Shown piece after piece: positions 23,631 through 35,407 of a stretch of DNA of 64,000 bases. The translations under genes were made by a program, and so were the position numbers. Position 1 is the first letter of the stretch, and each line of letters opens with the position of its first letter. Source of the DNA: Fimicolochytrium jonesii (lineage: Eukaryota); contig NW_026515670.1 of the NCBI RefSeq assembly GCF_025526975.1, forward strand, positions 992,001 to 1,056,000, given 5' to 3'. Under the pieces are notes generated by a model. That model was not told where the DNA came from and did no database searches. It was given only the letters and a program-made list of their open reading frames with translations.

Positions 23631-26600
23631 CTAGTGTGATGCGATCGGCGTCGCGTCCGGTAATGTCCAGCTGGTTTCGTGGGTAGCAACGTTGAAGTAG
23701 TACACCATATCATCCCCACGGTCCGCTTTCCTCCAATCTGGCCAACCATCCACAGGTTCCACAACGGTGTCTCCACGAGCTGCTTCGTCCTCTCCCTCGT
23801 CATCCTCCTCCTCGCCGTCCGCTTCAGGCTCTGGGTAGGGCTTCCCTGTATCTGGATCGAGCACAGCAAATGTGTCCGGAAGACGCCACATCGTCTCCTT
23901 CGTTTCCGGCGCGCTAGTGAAGTATAATGGCTTGAGGCCATGAGACAGAAACGTAGACGATGAATGAACGCAGGCTTACTAGTAGTACGAAGTCCCCATC
24001 GCGGATTGGGCTCGTTTCCATATTTGTCCTGATATTTCGACCATCTCAGGTTCAAACACTTCTTGCTCGGCCTCCTGCTCGAGTTACGTTCATTAGTCCT
24101 TTGGACACACCGCTTAGCCCTCGCTGTCAGCTTACCATCTCTGAGAAGCTTCCTTGACTCCCAATCGTGCTAATGATGTCCGATTCTTTCCGTTTCAGAT
24201 TCGACTTGAGAAAGAAGCGTGCGTGAGTATGAAGAGCATTTGATCAGATATCTCCCTTATTTCTCCAATCACTCACCCATCCCTTGATAGTCCCTCTCAA
24301 TGTTCCACTCATGCCCATACTACTCCCGGACTTTGTCAATGTTCCCTTCTTCCCCATCGACATTGCCCAACTTACGGGGCGGGCGGACGTGCCTCCCACC
24401 TCTTCCTGGAAAGCTTGAAACTGCTGTGTGAACGCGACGGATAGCCGCTTGCTCATGTTATCGGATTTCTTCGCGTCCTCTCCGGCCGTTTTGATGGCGG
24501 ATTGGAAAGCTTCAAGCCATTTTACGCGGTCTGCTTCTGACAGCACTGAAAATGTCATCGCCTTGCCCTCCGATGCGCTGGCTATCTGAAAGCCGTTCTT
24601 GAGGCCCTTCGGTTGGGGATCTGCGGTAGTCCGGCAATAGGATATCCTGCATGAGTAATTGTCTCATTGTATGGTGGACAGCATCCATCATCTTCTGACC
24701 TTTGGCCTCGTTCGGTATGCTCAGATCCGCCATATCGTAGACAGCTTCCAGAGTGTATCGCCCGCCTTTCTGTGGCGCACATATCAGAAGCACGTCCGTG
24801 AACAACAAGACGTATCGTTCTCGAGCTTTGCCGTTCGAGACACGTGATAGCAATCCATCGCGAACGTGCTTCTTTTCTTGCAGCGCTAATGGCTAATGAA
24901 GGCAATACCGCAAGTTAGCGTGAAGGCAGGACGATGAGCACAAATTTCAGGACACATACTATTGGGCTATCGATCTTCGACTGCAGGTTTATGAGCCGGT
25001 CGCGCTCACCAAGCTGACGGGTATATTCGTTCACATGTGCCACCACGCTTTCGATTTTGGTCATGGCCAGTTTGAGAGCTATGGTGTCTTTGTTCATTTT
25101 GTCAGTGTGCTTTTGCAGCTCCTGTAGATGGTACGGTGTTTATTGAGCTCTTCGTCAGTCACTGCAGGACATAGTCTGACCCGGCCTTCGTACCCGAATG
25201 AGCAATGGATATCTGGAAAAAGCGCGCATCAGCAATTGTTTGTGCCAAATGAATCACGCTGCCATACTCACTTGCATATCCTTTGTACAGGTTTGATCTT
25301 GGATGGGGTATAAGGCAAGGTTCGTTGATGAGATAACCCTGAACAGGACATTTCCTCTCGAAGAGCCTTCTTGACTTACCAGGAATGACTCCAGGCTGAG
25401 TCCACGACCTTCCGTACTGTTCATCATTTTCTGTTGAAATGAAATGTTGACATGGTCTGCGCGGTGTGACGTTCATCTGATGGCAAATACGCTACGAACG
25501 TTAAGCTGCTCCTTCTTATCCGGGTCCGCCTGCAGTTTGTGCACCAGCTTCATCGCCTCTGGATAGTTTCCGCAATACGTCGTGTAGATTTTGAATGACT
25601 GTAGTCGAGTACAGGGCACATTAGCGCGTAGGTCTCCCACAGAAACTCTGAGTTCATCGTGCCTACCTCAGATACATCCACCAATGCGTCACCTGCACAT
25701 GGAAGAGGATGAGATTCTGATTTCGTGCACCTCCAACCCACACATTTAAAACGCACCGACTTCTGGTATCAGCGGATCTGCATCCCGCTTCTCGATTAGA
25801 CGGCTCAACAGTTGCTAGAGTTGCTTTCCATCAGTGATGCGATGATCACTCGTAAAGTGACATAGAAAGCACTCACCTGGTTGACCGGCACCAACTGATC
25901 CGTATTTGAGAACAACGTCTGTATATCCTCTTCTTGCAGCGTCTCTTGGAGTTGGGTCTTGTGGAACTGTACATGCAGAAAGGATTGGCGTTGAGTGCAC
26001 ATCCACGACAATGCACCGCTCAGACGCACCCATCCAGCAGAACCTCTCTAGACGCCCACACTCGAAAATCTTCCCCTCCCGCAACTCACATTGATCATCA
26101 ACGACAGATCCCGCACATAGTCCGCCTCCGTCTCAATCAACTCATACACCGCCGACAACCGCATCATCTCCTGTTTCGGCAAGTTCGCATTCTGCACCTC
26201 CGGCGGCAGCTTCGAGAACATCGGTTTCGGGCCAGCGGCGGCTGGCGCCGTCGCCGCCGCTTGGCCGGCAGGTGGGAATGGTGCACCACCGTTTGTAGAT
26301 GATAGGTTGGCGAGGCCTGGCAGGTCGCCGGACATAGAAGGTGTCTGGGAGTGTCCCTGGTGGGTGTCGTCGGTCGGGTAGTCGGTGAAGAAGGAGGAGG
26401 TGCTGCGGCCGTCGATGGGCTTCGAGATGTGGGCTGGGGGTACGCTTAATCGATTGTTAGCGGTATTCCGCTCCTCTGAAGCAGCTACCGGGGCACTCGC
26501 ATCGTTCTCGGATGCCACCAACACCGTTTTGGGGACGATGGACTCTGTGCTCCTCACAAGGGATAAGTCGCCGATTTTGGATAAGATGTTTTGCTGGGAG

Positions 26601-27717
26601 GCTTCCAGACGGTCTACGTTCTCGGCGAGCTGGGATATGGTGGCCAGGACTTCGTCGGTTAGCGTGCTGACTTGGGTTAAGACTGCGCGAGCGTCGTCCG
26701 TTGTTAGGTCTTGCGTGCGGTGAGCTGGATCGCACAGGCCTTTGATTGTATGTTTCTGCGAACGAACCCAATGTCACTATCGAAAATTCCTTTTGCCCCA
26801 CGTTCTGCCCTTCCCTGAACACCATCGATACTCACAAGCTTAGCCTGAACAGCATTCATCCCACTCAGCGCCTTCGTCCCCTCCACCTCCAGCACTTCAA
26901 CCTTCCTCAAAACGGCATCCAGCATCCTCTCCGCGCCTTCCTCCGCACCACCAGCCCCCTCATCCGCCTCCCCACTTGCTCCCTTATTCTGCAAAATCGC
27001 TGCCATCTGATCCTCCCGCCCATCCGCCACCTGAAACCCCTTTTCTGAGGCGAGCACTGCGAGCGCGGCGAGGGTCCGGACCATTGCGCGGTCGCCGGCG
27101 GGTGTGGCGTTGATGAAATCCATGGGGCGAATGGTGTAGCGTTTCTCGAGGCCATAGGTTGTGAGTGCTTTCGCAGGAAAATCAGTAGCCGCTGGCGAGA
27201 TGGTAAATGCTAGAAACGAGCACACACCTTTCGTAAAAGCATTCAAATTCTCCACAGCCGCCACAATACTCTTCTCAGTCACAATATGCCGCACCAGCTT
27301 CGTCGCCGGGGCCGGCGAGAGCGCGTTGACGACATTGCACAGCAGTATCCCATACCGCAGCTCATTCCATAGACCGTCGTCGGTGTCGCTGCCGTCGGAG
27401 AGGGGTATGGCGGAGGTTTGTAGGACGCTTCGGAGCCTGATGGATCGATCAAGAGAGCCGTTAGAGCACTATATTGCACACCGCATCCCACATTTCTTCC
27501 CGCTAACGCACCAGAAAGTCACCAACGGCCTCAACGCCCTCGTAACACCATCCCCACCACCTTCCCGTTCCTCCGACCGCTTGGAGACATCGTCCGGTAG
27601 CCCCGATCCGCTGCGTGGGATAGACGCGGACTGGTGGGTTTGTTGGTGTTGTTGCTGTTCATGGTGCTGTGCTTCCCCTTCCTCGGCCCGTTGGGCGTGC
27701 TCGACGTCTGCGCTCAT
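23631..27717 (-). CDS. Rho GEF with CH - DH - PH - WW - WW architecture
   Basis: CH: LRYGILLCNVVN...ENLNAF. DH: RLSAVYELIETEADYVRDL and ESFL|IKPVQRICK|YPLLIR|ELQKHT. PH: RERYVLLFTDVLLIC...KWLEAF. WW: WKRAQSAMGTSYYYAPETKETMWRLP and WRKADRGDDMVYYFNVATHETSWTLP. Many small exons. Confidence 0.88.
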
Positions 27718-28400
27718 TGGGCTGGTTCACGGTCGTGCTCTTTGACACTGAATCGAGTTCCGTTCAGGCTGGAATAAAAGAGGGCCAAAGTGGTATGCTG
27801 TTGATGTGTGTTTGCGAGTGTGCACCATATAACCCAAAGCGGTGACGTCCAAACGAGCCAAGACAGGTGATTTTCAAACTTCACCCAGCGCCCCGGAAAA
27901 AGCTGGTACAGACTGCGCTATGTCATGCAATGCCACCCGGTACGGTGAGGTAGGGCTTTTATCAAACCAGTGTAATAAGAATGTGCGACATATGGGAACT
28001 GTCTGCATTGTCTGAATTACGTTTTTGGTAAAATGACAGACAATCGACAGCGCGTCTTGGCACCGACGTGCGCTGGTGGTATCCGAGATCCGCCTCGGCA
28101 AAAGCGAAAAAAAGTCGACATGATAACTCAGTTTTCAGCGCCTGCACCTCACGGAAATATGATTTCGGGCTCTCAAGAAACCCCCGCAAAAAAAAAGTAA
28201 AAAAAAAGAAAATATAGAGTGGGGAAGTATAGGCCTTTCACACGGCGAAGGCCGGTACGCATGGCGGGGTTCCGCATATCAAGTGTGGGATTTCACGCAT
28301 ATAACCCATATCACGCGTACAAAGAGAGCGAAGGGAAAATCGCCGCTAAATATATGTGTGATGAGGAAAAAGTATCGTATACTGAGAGGAATCAAAGAAC

Positions 28401-30704
28401 TCAAAATGCCGTGAACCGCTGGTGCTGGGTGGTAGCAGGAGTACCATTCGGCGCATGGCTGTGATGGTGGTAGCCGACGGCGGACTGGAACTGGCGTGCG
28501 AAATCAAAGGTTTCTGATGTTGATGCGGGCGGAGCGGGGTAACTGTTAGTAGCGTCACCGTTGGGGAAATACGCGCCGTGGGTGTCGATTCCGTTGGGAA
28601 TCCCAGCGGCGTGGGTGTGATGGTGCGCGTGCTGGGCGGTCGTGAACGGGTGGGTGGTGCTGTGTGTAAATGATGGTGGGTAGTGGTACGAGCTGCCCGC
28701 AAACAGGTCGTCCATCCGGTATAGCGAATCACCACCCGCCCGCTGCTGCTGCTGCTGGTTGTTGTTCTGGTGGCCGTTTAAAGAAGGGAGCAACTGCTGC
28801 TCGCCGACCCCCGGGCTGGTTGAATCGGCAAGGCGAGCATGATAGCCTCTGAAGAACTCCTCTTTCTCTTCTTGTGTGATTTCAAACTCCTTCTCATCCA
28901 CGTCTGAGTCGTAGTAGGCGGCCTTGTTCCATCCAAGGGAGCGCAGGAAGGCTTCTTCGCGTTCGAGAGATGCCGAGTACTGGAAGGCTTGCTTATACGG
29001 GTCCGGGCTGGGACGTCTGGCTCCTGAGGTGGAGATCGGGCTTGTGCTGGGGATGATGCCTGAAGGAGACAGGGTCGCGGTCGTGTCGCGAAGAATCTCG
29101 CCGAGGATGTCGTCTTCGTTCAGGTTCAGTAAATCTTTCGTTTCGACCTTGGGGACCGAAGCGGAAGGGAAAACCATTGGCGAGCTGGTGAAGTCACGGC
29201 CGGAGTCTTCTGGAGGCACAGCATCGAGTGTGGACGATCGAATGCTGCTGGCGATACTGTGAGACGAAGCGGATGAACGAAGCACAGGCTCCGTAACAGC
29301 GGCAGGCAGCGTGTCGGTGCCGTCCAGCTGGAACAAGTTTTCGTCGTCCTCATGCACTTCAATGGTCGGCGACGGGGTGACAACCGCATTTGTAGTGCTT
29401 GGATGGGACCCCGACGCTTCGCTGTCGCCTTCCGAGCCTTCCGCGTCGGTCGAGTGACTCTCAGGGTCTTCGCACGAGATATCAATGGTCTCTACCAAAT
29501 CATTTGCATCAGAGGCTGCAGATTGTGGCGAGTTTTCGGTATTTCCATCGCCTTTCGCGTCAGGTATCACCACTTCAGTTTTCCCCTCGTCGAAGCCATT
29601 CGGCATTCTTGGCGATGCTTTCAGAGTGCTACGGAGCTTTGGTCGGTTGGCGATCATCACAGGTTTGGTCGCTTTGCCACTCTGATTCGTGAAGGCTTTG
29701 GACGACAGAACAGAGGGCCGGGGGTTCGCTCCTGCGGCTTTGGTGAATGTGGCAGAGCGACTCGGCGCAGGGGGTAAAAGGCTCTTGGAGGCCGATAACG
29801 ATTTGCTTCGTTCACGCATCGACGAGCTGTTCTTTCCGTAGGACTTTGGCTTGTCCAACCTCGGGATCAGTGCCTTCAGACGAGCAATTTCTGCCGCCTC
29901 CTCATCGTCTGCAGCGGTATCTGCCTCCATCTCGGGTCTGTTTCCGTTATTTTGTGGTGGCTGAGCAGCAACGATGGAAGACACAAGGTCGGGTTTTCCC
30001 CAGACTTTTCCTGTAGGCCCTTTTGCTTCGACCGGTGCCGGTCCAGTAGGTCTCCCTGCGTTCGCACCGTTTCCGAGAGAAGGAAATGCGTTCTCAAACC
30101 CACGCGGAGCTGCTTGTCGCCTCTGCTGCTGCTGAGTAGGTTCAGGAGGGGGCGGTGTTGGGCGCGATTGGCTTTCGATCGGAGCGGCCGCTACCGGCGG
30201 TTTCGAGAATGCTCCCAATGTCGCGGAATTCAACTGAGGCCACGGTTGCTGTCTGCTCGCGGGCGATAGAGCAGCCAAGTTCGGCGTAGACATCGACATA
30301 GAGGGATTGCTGCGCCAGGCGGATGCAGGAGCGTTCGGTTTATTTTGCGAGACGCTTCTTTCCCGATCCCGTTTATCGCTACGTCTTCCTATGTGAGGAG
30401 AGTTGCCGGAAAGCAAGGAGCCAGCCGCGGGAGCCGGGCCCAAGCCATTAGCTCCCGATGAGGCCAAGCTCCCAGTGGATTGTGGCCTCGGCTGTCCCAT
30501 TCCGCCGCCAGGTCCGAGAACTATGTCTTTCGTTCCGAGGGTAGAGAACGTTGCTCCATTACTGGGGCCACGGGAGAGGATTTGCTTGCCATTTGCATTC
30601 GTTGTGGCACCACTGTTCTGCCCCCGACCTGGAGTAGCACCCCCATCACCATGTATGGACGCCCGGTAGTCTTTGGCAGGCCACCGAGGCATACCTTGAT
30701 CCAT
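28401..30704 (-). CDS. Low-complexity 767-aa protein with vasculin/GPBP1-like motifs
   Basis: Intronless 767-codon ORF. Contains FENAFPSLG, VWGKP and SLEREEAFLRSLGW...EITQEEKEEF. Confidence 0.8.
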   Translation of the reverse strand: MDQGMPRWPAKDYRASIHGDGGATPGRGQNSGATTNANGKQILSRGPSNGATFSTLGTKDIVLGPGGGMGQPRPQSTGSLASSGANGLGPAPAAGSLLSGNSPHIGRRSDKRDRERSVSQNKPNAPASAWRSNPSMSMSTPNLAALSPASRQQPWPQLNSATLGAFSKPPVAAAPIESQSRPTPPPPEPTQQQQRRQAAPRGFENAFPSLGNGANAGRPTGPAPVEAKGPTGKVWGKPDLVSSIVAAQPPQNNGNRPEMEADTAADDEEAAEIARLKALIPRLDKPKSYGKNSSSMRERSKSLSASKSLLPPAPSRSATFTKAAGANPRPSVLSSKAFTNQSGKATKPVMIANRPKLRSTLKASPRMPNGFDEGKTEVVIPDAKGDGNTENSPQSAASDANDLVETIDISCEDPESHSTDAEGSEGDSEASGSHPSTTNAVVTPSPTIEVHEDDENLFQLDGTDTLPAAVTEPVLRSSASSHSIASSIRSSTLDAVPPEDSGRDFTSSPMVFPSASVPKVETKDLLNLNEDDILGEILRDTTATLSPSGIIPSTSPISTSGARRPSPDPYKQAFQYSASLEREEAFLRSLGWNKAAYYDSDVDEKEFEITQEEKEEFFRGYHARLADSTSPGVGEQQLLPSLNGHQNNNQQQQQRAGGDSLYRMDDLFAGSSYHYPPSFTHSTTHPFTTAQHAHHHTHAAGIPNGIDTHGAYFPNGDATNSYPAPPASTSETFDFARQFQSAVGYHHHSHAPNGTPATTQHQRFTAF

Positions 30705-32389
30705 GAGCCGTAGGAAAGGATTTCCGCCCCAAAGGAGGACGGGTCAAGGCAAAGCCAGCCCACCACCTGAAAGCCTGCTACGAAAGCCGAGGAGGTGGGA
30801 AATGAAACAGACCGAATGTGTAGAGATGCTTGCCAAGGATGGTCGAAATATATGCACCGGTAGCACCGTAGTGGGTTCGATTTCCAAACACCGAGAAGTC
30901 CTGCCGGATTTGAGGTCACCTGGAAATGGAGATATGGTTCTGTCGGCCAAGATCGCGGGTCTCGTATATAAGCAGATCCCAAGAAAGCTTCTGCCGTGGT
31001 TAACTGAACTGAGTGATTGAACGAGCGAAGGTGAGCGTAGAGATAGCAAGTAGTCTTGAGCTGGTCTTCGTCCGCTAGTAGTTATCGAGTTTTGTAGCTC
31101 CCGCGGCAGGGACGGTGGCAACCGGATTGTTTGGTCGGTTACTGGGCAAACCTCAATCGAAGAGTCTGTCCTCCGGTATCGATCTGTAGTGTGTGCAGCA
31201 CAGCGATGGACTGTATTGCTATTGCGGCGTCCTGCGACCAGCAACCCGTTTCCGTGGGAAAATGTGCGGAGTGGTGTCAAAAGATGAGCTTGGAAGTACT
31301 TGGTGGACTAGTTCTTCCAAGTCAATCGGCGTGTCCTCGTTGCGGCGTGAAAAGTTACTACCGCCGTCAAAGTTGTCCCCCGAGGTTGAAAATTGCGCCT
31401 GAGAAGGTGTTGGGAGAATGGTGCTGGCCTGCGCTCGGGTTTCTGGTATGCAGCCGGGATTGTCCGGCGCTGGTAAAGCTTCTCGGCGAGCAATATGAGA
31501 GCGGCTCTTCTGGGAAGGAGGAGCGAGAAACTTTCGGTCGTTCCGATGGTATCTGTTCTGACGAGTTCGTGTGGACCCGTTCTTCGAGACGTTTCTGATT
31601 CAAACCCCGGATGCTAGTGATTATTTGCACAGAGACCGGAAGCGAATGCGGGAAAAAGATATTCTTCCACTGGTTTATGTATAATATGGGAACGTTTGCG
31701 GAAAGTCCTGCAGGTGCGGGTTCCGTCGCTCAGTAGCGTGGCGTTGCGAGCGATGTGGGGTGGGTGGGAAAGTTACGACTCCCCTTGTTGCTGCGAGAGA
31801 TGTCAAGGCGAGACCCGATACCAGGAGTGAAGAGAGGACTGGGTTTGGAATAGCGGGGTACAGTTGGGTCGGTCGGTCGTCGTCGTCTCTCTCTGTCTGA
31901 AATTGAAGCTGGACGAGCCTGGTAATGACGTGAACGAAGCTCTTTCACCGGAAGGAAAAAAAACTTTTTCGGTAGGGGCCTTATTGCAATTGAAGAACGG
32001 AGGAAGGTCGCGGAAGGGAGGCGGCCGCTCAGTCGGTCGCATGCACAACCGAACCACATGGCGGGCAGCAGCAAGTGACAGACCCCCCTCCATCCGCCGG
32101 TGTGTGGTTATTCCCCAGGAACATTGGACCTCGAATCGTCCTGTTCCGCCCATTTTCTTAATGCGCCATGTTTAGACAGCGACCCGTAGCTCCTCGCAAC
32201 TCCCTAACAACTGGCGGCCTTCCCTTTCGGACACGTGCGGCGAAACCCCACAAAATGCATTGCCCATTTGGCGGACTTTTCCCCCCACTCTCGAAAAGCC
32301 CAAACCCTTGCCATATACATACAGATCCCTCCCTCAACTGTCCGGTCTTGCTCCTACCAATCCCAAGTGCCACTCCAGAGCCCCATACA

Positions 32390-32596
32390 ATGTCCACCAT
32401 CCTCCGGCCATTCGCAGCTTTCGGCTCCTCGGCCTCCACTCTCTACATGCCTCTCGTCAAGCCAACTATAGTCGCTCAGGCTTTGCGGCGACCGGCACAA
32501 AGCACAGGATTGGCGAAGCGGAAGGCAACCAAGGTTGCCCTTGTGGGACTGGCGACCCTTGCTGGTGTTTGGGAGGCTGCTGTTAGATGGCTTTGA
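32390..32596 (+). CDS. Small 68-aa protein, possibly mitochondrial single-pass membrane protein
   Basis: acaATG context and a basic, hydroxyl-rich N-terminus with no acidic residues (MSTILRPFAAFGSSASTL). C-terminal hydrophobic helix VALVGLATLAGVWEAAVRWL. TGTA/TATA-rich 3'-UTR-like tract near 32830-32890. Confidence 0.45.
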   Translation: MSTILRPFAAFGSSASTLYMPLVKPTIVAQALRRPAQSTGLAKRKATKVALVGLATLAGVWEAAVRWL

Positions 32597-33244
32597 ACGG
32601 GAACTTGGTCTTTACAGGCGTACTTTACCGTTCGGACTGGATTCGACGGTGTTGCAGGCTTGCTGGATTTCGGAGGTGGGAAGCGCCTCTTCGATTCGGT
32701 TCGGAATGTACATATGCGTCTTCTCACTTCTGGGTCGGCAGACAAGCTCTCCCGGTTCGTGGCTACTGGGCGGGCTCTCGGTAGTAGAATGCGTTTTGAA
32801 GCGCAATCCTTTCTGAACCCCCAATCTTTGTATACATGCATTTATCACCTCTGCCGTATATACATGCCCTCTCTCCCTGTATGTATGCTGTCGGCAAGTC
32901 TATACTTGCTAGGTCGGTTCATGCTTGCCCTGTGTTGCCTGTCTTTGGAAAGGAAGAAAGTTTGAGAGTGCTCACGTCACAGTGTCGATCGCGTTGGCAA
33001 CTGCGTCCTACGCAGTCCTACGCTGGTGAACAGCAAAAGACTGGAGTGGCGTGAGGGGCCCTCAACGCATTACAAGGACGACAACAGCAGTATGGGGCCG
33101 GCAGAACGGGCAAGAAGGGAAGGTACTTAGAGGGCTGCTCGGGCGGGGCCTGAAACTCTTCCCAACTAAGCCAACGGCATAAGGAGCACATTCCTCGTGG
33201 GCAGGTCAAAGTTCCCACGTCCGGGATTGCTTCCGCAAACAGCG

Positions 33245-34715
33245 ATGACAGACTCAACCACAGTCTCGGCACGGGATTTGGGATCCCTATATCAGTATCT
33301 GGAAGTGCTGGCACTGACAATCATCCTACATAAGGCACGTCCGTTCTTCCAAGTTTTGCCTACAAAACCCCGCTTGTGCTGACGGAAAGTCCCCTTTGAT
33401 AGATCATACCCGTCAAACCGGTCAAAGGCTATGTTTGCGACTGGGACGGCAAACCGCTGCTTTATAGGCTCAATGGGTTGAAGGTCCTGGTGTCTGCGGT
33501 TGCATTTTACATTTCACTGGTAAGTAAGAGGCGAGCGAAACATTGTAATTTTCATGCGAAAAAAACTCGACTAAATAGAATCCCTCCCATGAACGTAACA
33601 GGACATCCTCAATATTCGCCCCCTCACAACCTTCTCCCACAACTTCCCCGCCATCGCCCTCTCCGCTACCCTCATCGGGCTCACCGCCTCTACCCTCTTC
33701 TACATTTTCCCCACCAACCCCCTCGTCCCCGACAACCCTTACCGCCGTACTCTAACCACCGACCTCCTCACATCCCCGCGCAAAACCACTCTCTCCAAAC
33801 TCCGTGACGCCAACGCATCAACTCATCCGCTATGGCTGCGCTTCTACACAGGCGTGGAATTCAACCCCCGCGTTCAAGGGATCGATGTGAAGATGTTTTT
33901 GTACCTGTTTGGAGCGGTGATGTTGGAATTGGTCGTGCTGGCCAGCGTGGTTGCGGAGAAGAGGAGGGATGGCGGTGTGAGTGGGCCAATGCTGTTGTGT
34001 GCAGGGATGTATACGTGGTTTTGTGGGGAGTATATGTATCATGAGGTAAATGTCCGGAAGTTCTGTCTAAACCATGGACTACTGGAACTTTGTAACTTTG
34101 TTCTCATATCCTGTCTCTCTATCTCTCGTTTAGGACGTCCACCTCTACACCTACGACATTTTCGCCGAAAAAGTCGGCTTCAAGCTCCTCTTCGGCTGCC
34201 TCACATTCTACCCCTTCTTCTACCCTCTCCCCATCTACGCCCTCTCCCTCCACCCCACCCCGACCCCGCTCTCACCCCCGCTATCCCTCTTCCTCACCGC
34301 CCTGTTCATCACAGGTTGGACTTTGACCCGCGGCGCCAACCTCCAAAAACACGCGTTCAAAATCAACCCGAAACAACCCTACTACTCCGTCTTGTTCGAC
34401 ACCATCCGCATCCCGCAACGCACCTTACCCGGGTCAACCCTCCTCGTATCCGGCTTCTGGGGGCTCAGCAGACACATCAACTACGCCGGCGAGATCATCC
34501 AAGCCATCGCGATCGCATTAATCGTCATATCCGCGACACCTGCGGCGGGATGGTGGGTGTGGGCTGCGGCGGTTAGTTATCCGGCGTACTATGTGGCGCT
34601 CTTTGTGCCGAGGGAGAGGGAGGATGGACGGGTTTGTGAGGGGAAGTATGGAAAAGTGGTTTGGGGGGAGTATGTGAGGAGGGTGAGGTTTAGGATTTTG
34701 CCGTACTGCTACTAG
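33245..34715 (+). CDS. ERG4/ERG24/DHCR7-family sterol reductase
   Basis: GKPLLYRLNG, FYTGVEFNPRVQGIDVKMF, HLYTYDIFAEKVGFKLLFGCLTFYPFFY, RGANLQK, LLVSGFWGLSRHINYAGE and RCxxKYG-like VCEGKYG...W.EY.RRV.FRILPY. Introns 33335-33402 (GC-AG), 33520-33601 and about 34046-34133. Confidence 0.9.
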
Positions 34716-35407
34716 AGTTTGCCGACTATACCCCCGATCTTGAACGGCCAGTGTGTGCTGGAAGGGTGGGTAGTGTCTAGTCTGTGTGACCCACATGGCG
34801 TACGCCCAGTAAGGGTAGAATGTAACCTAGAACGTACAACAATCCGATCTCAACATCACAGCAGTACTCTACTTTACATTACCCCACGCAAAATGCGCCA
34901 AAAATTACCCTCAAACAAAACAACACAAAAACATATGAGCCCCCAACGCAAAAGAAAACGTCAGAGGGGAGGGATATTACGGGACAAAAAGACTAAAACT
35001 GTAATCCAACGATGAGGGATGAACATGAAAAACCAAATTAAGGGAGGGGGTCGAAACCCCCATACGCCGTAAGAAAGGGGATGGGGTGGTGATTAAGAAA
35101 GGGGGATATGAGGCCGAGAGATGGTGACTGGCACGGAAAATGTGGGAGTACAGAGGGGACAAAATATGATAAGCCCGAGCTGGGAGCCAGGCGGGGCGGT
35201 ACGCAGTTGGTGATGACGGATGAGGGAAGATGGTTCGGAAAGGTGTGTGGTTCGGCAACGCAACCGCTCGGCGCATCGCTGTGAGGTATTCGAGGGCATC
35301 CAAGAGACGCGGTAGGATGGGGTGAGCGCCGATAGCAAGTCGGGCGTTGTATATGGCGAGACGTGACGGAGCAATCTCCATTTCCACGTTGGGGGTGTTG
35401 AAATCGC

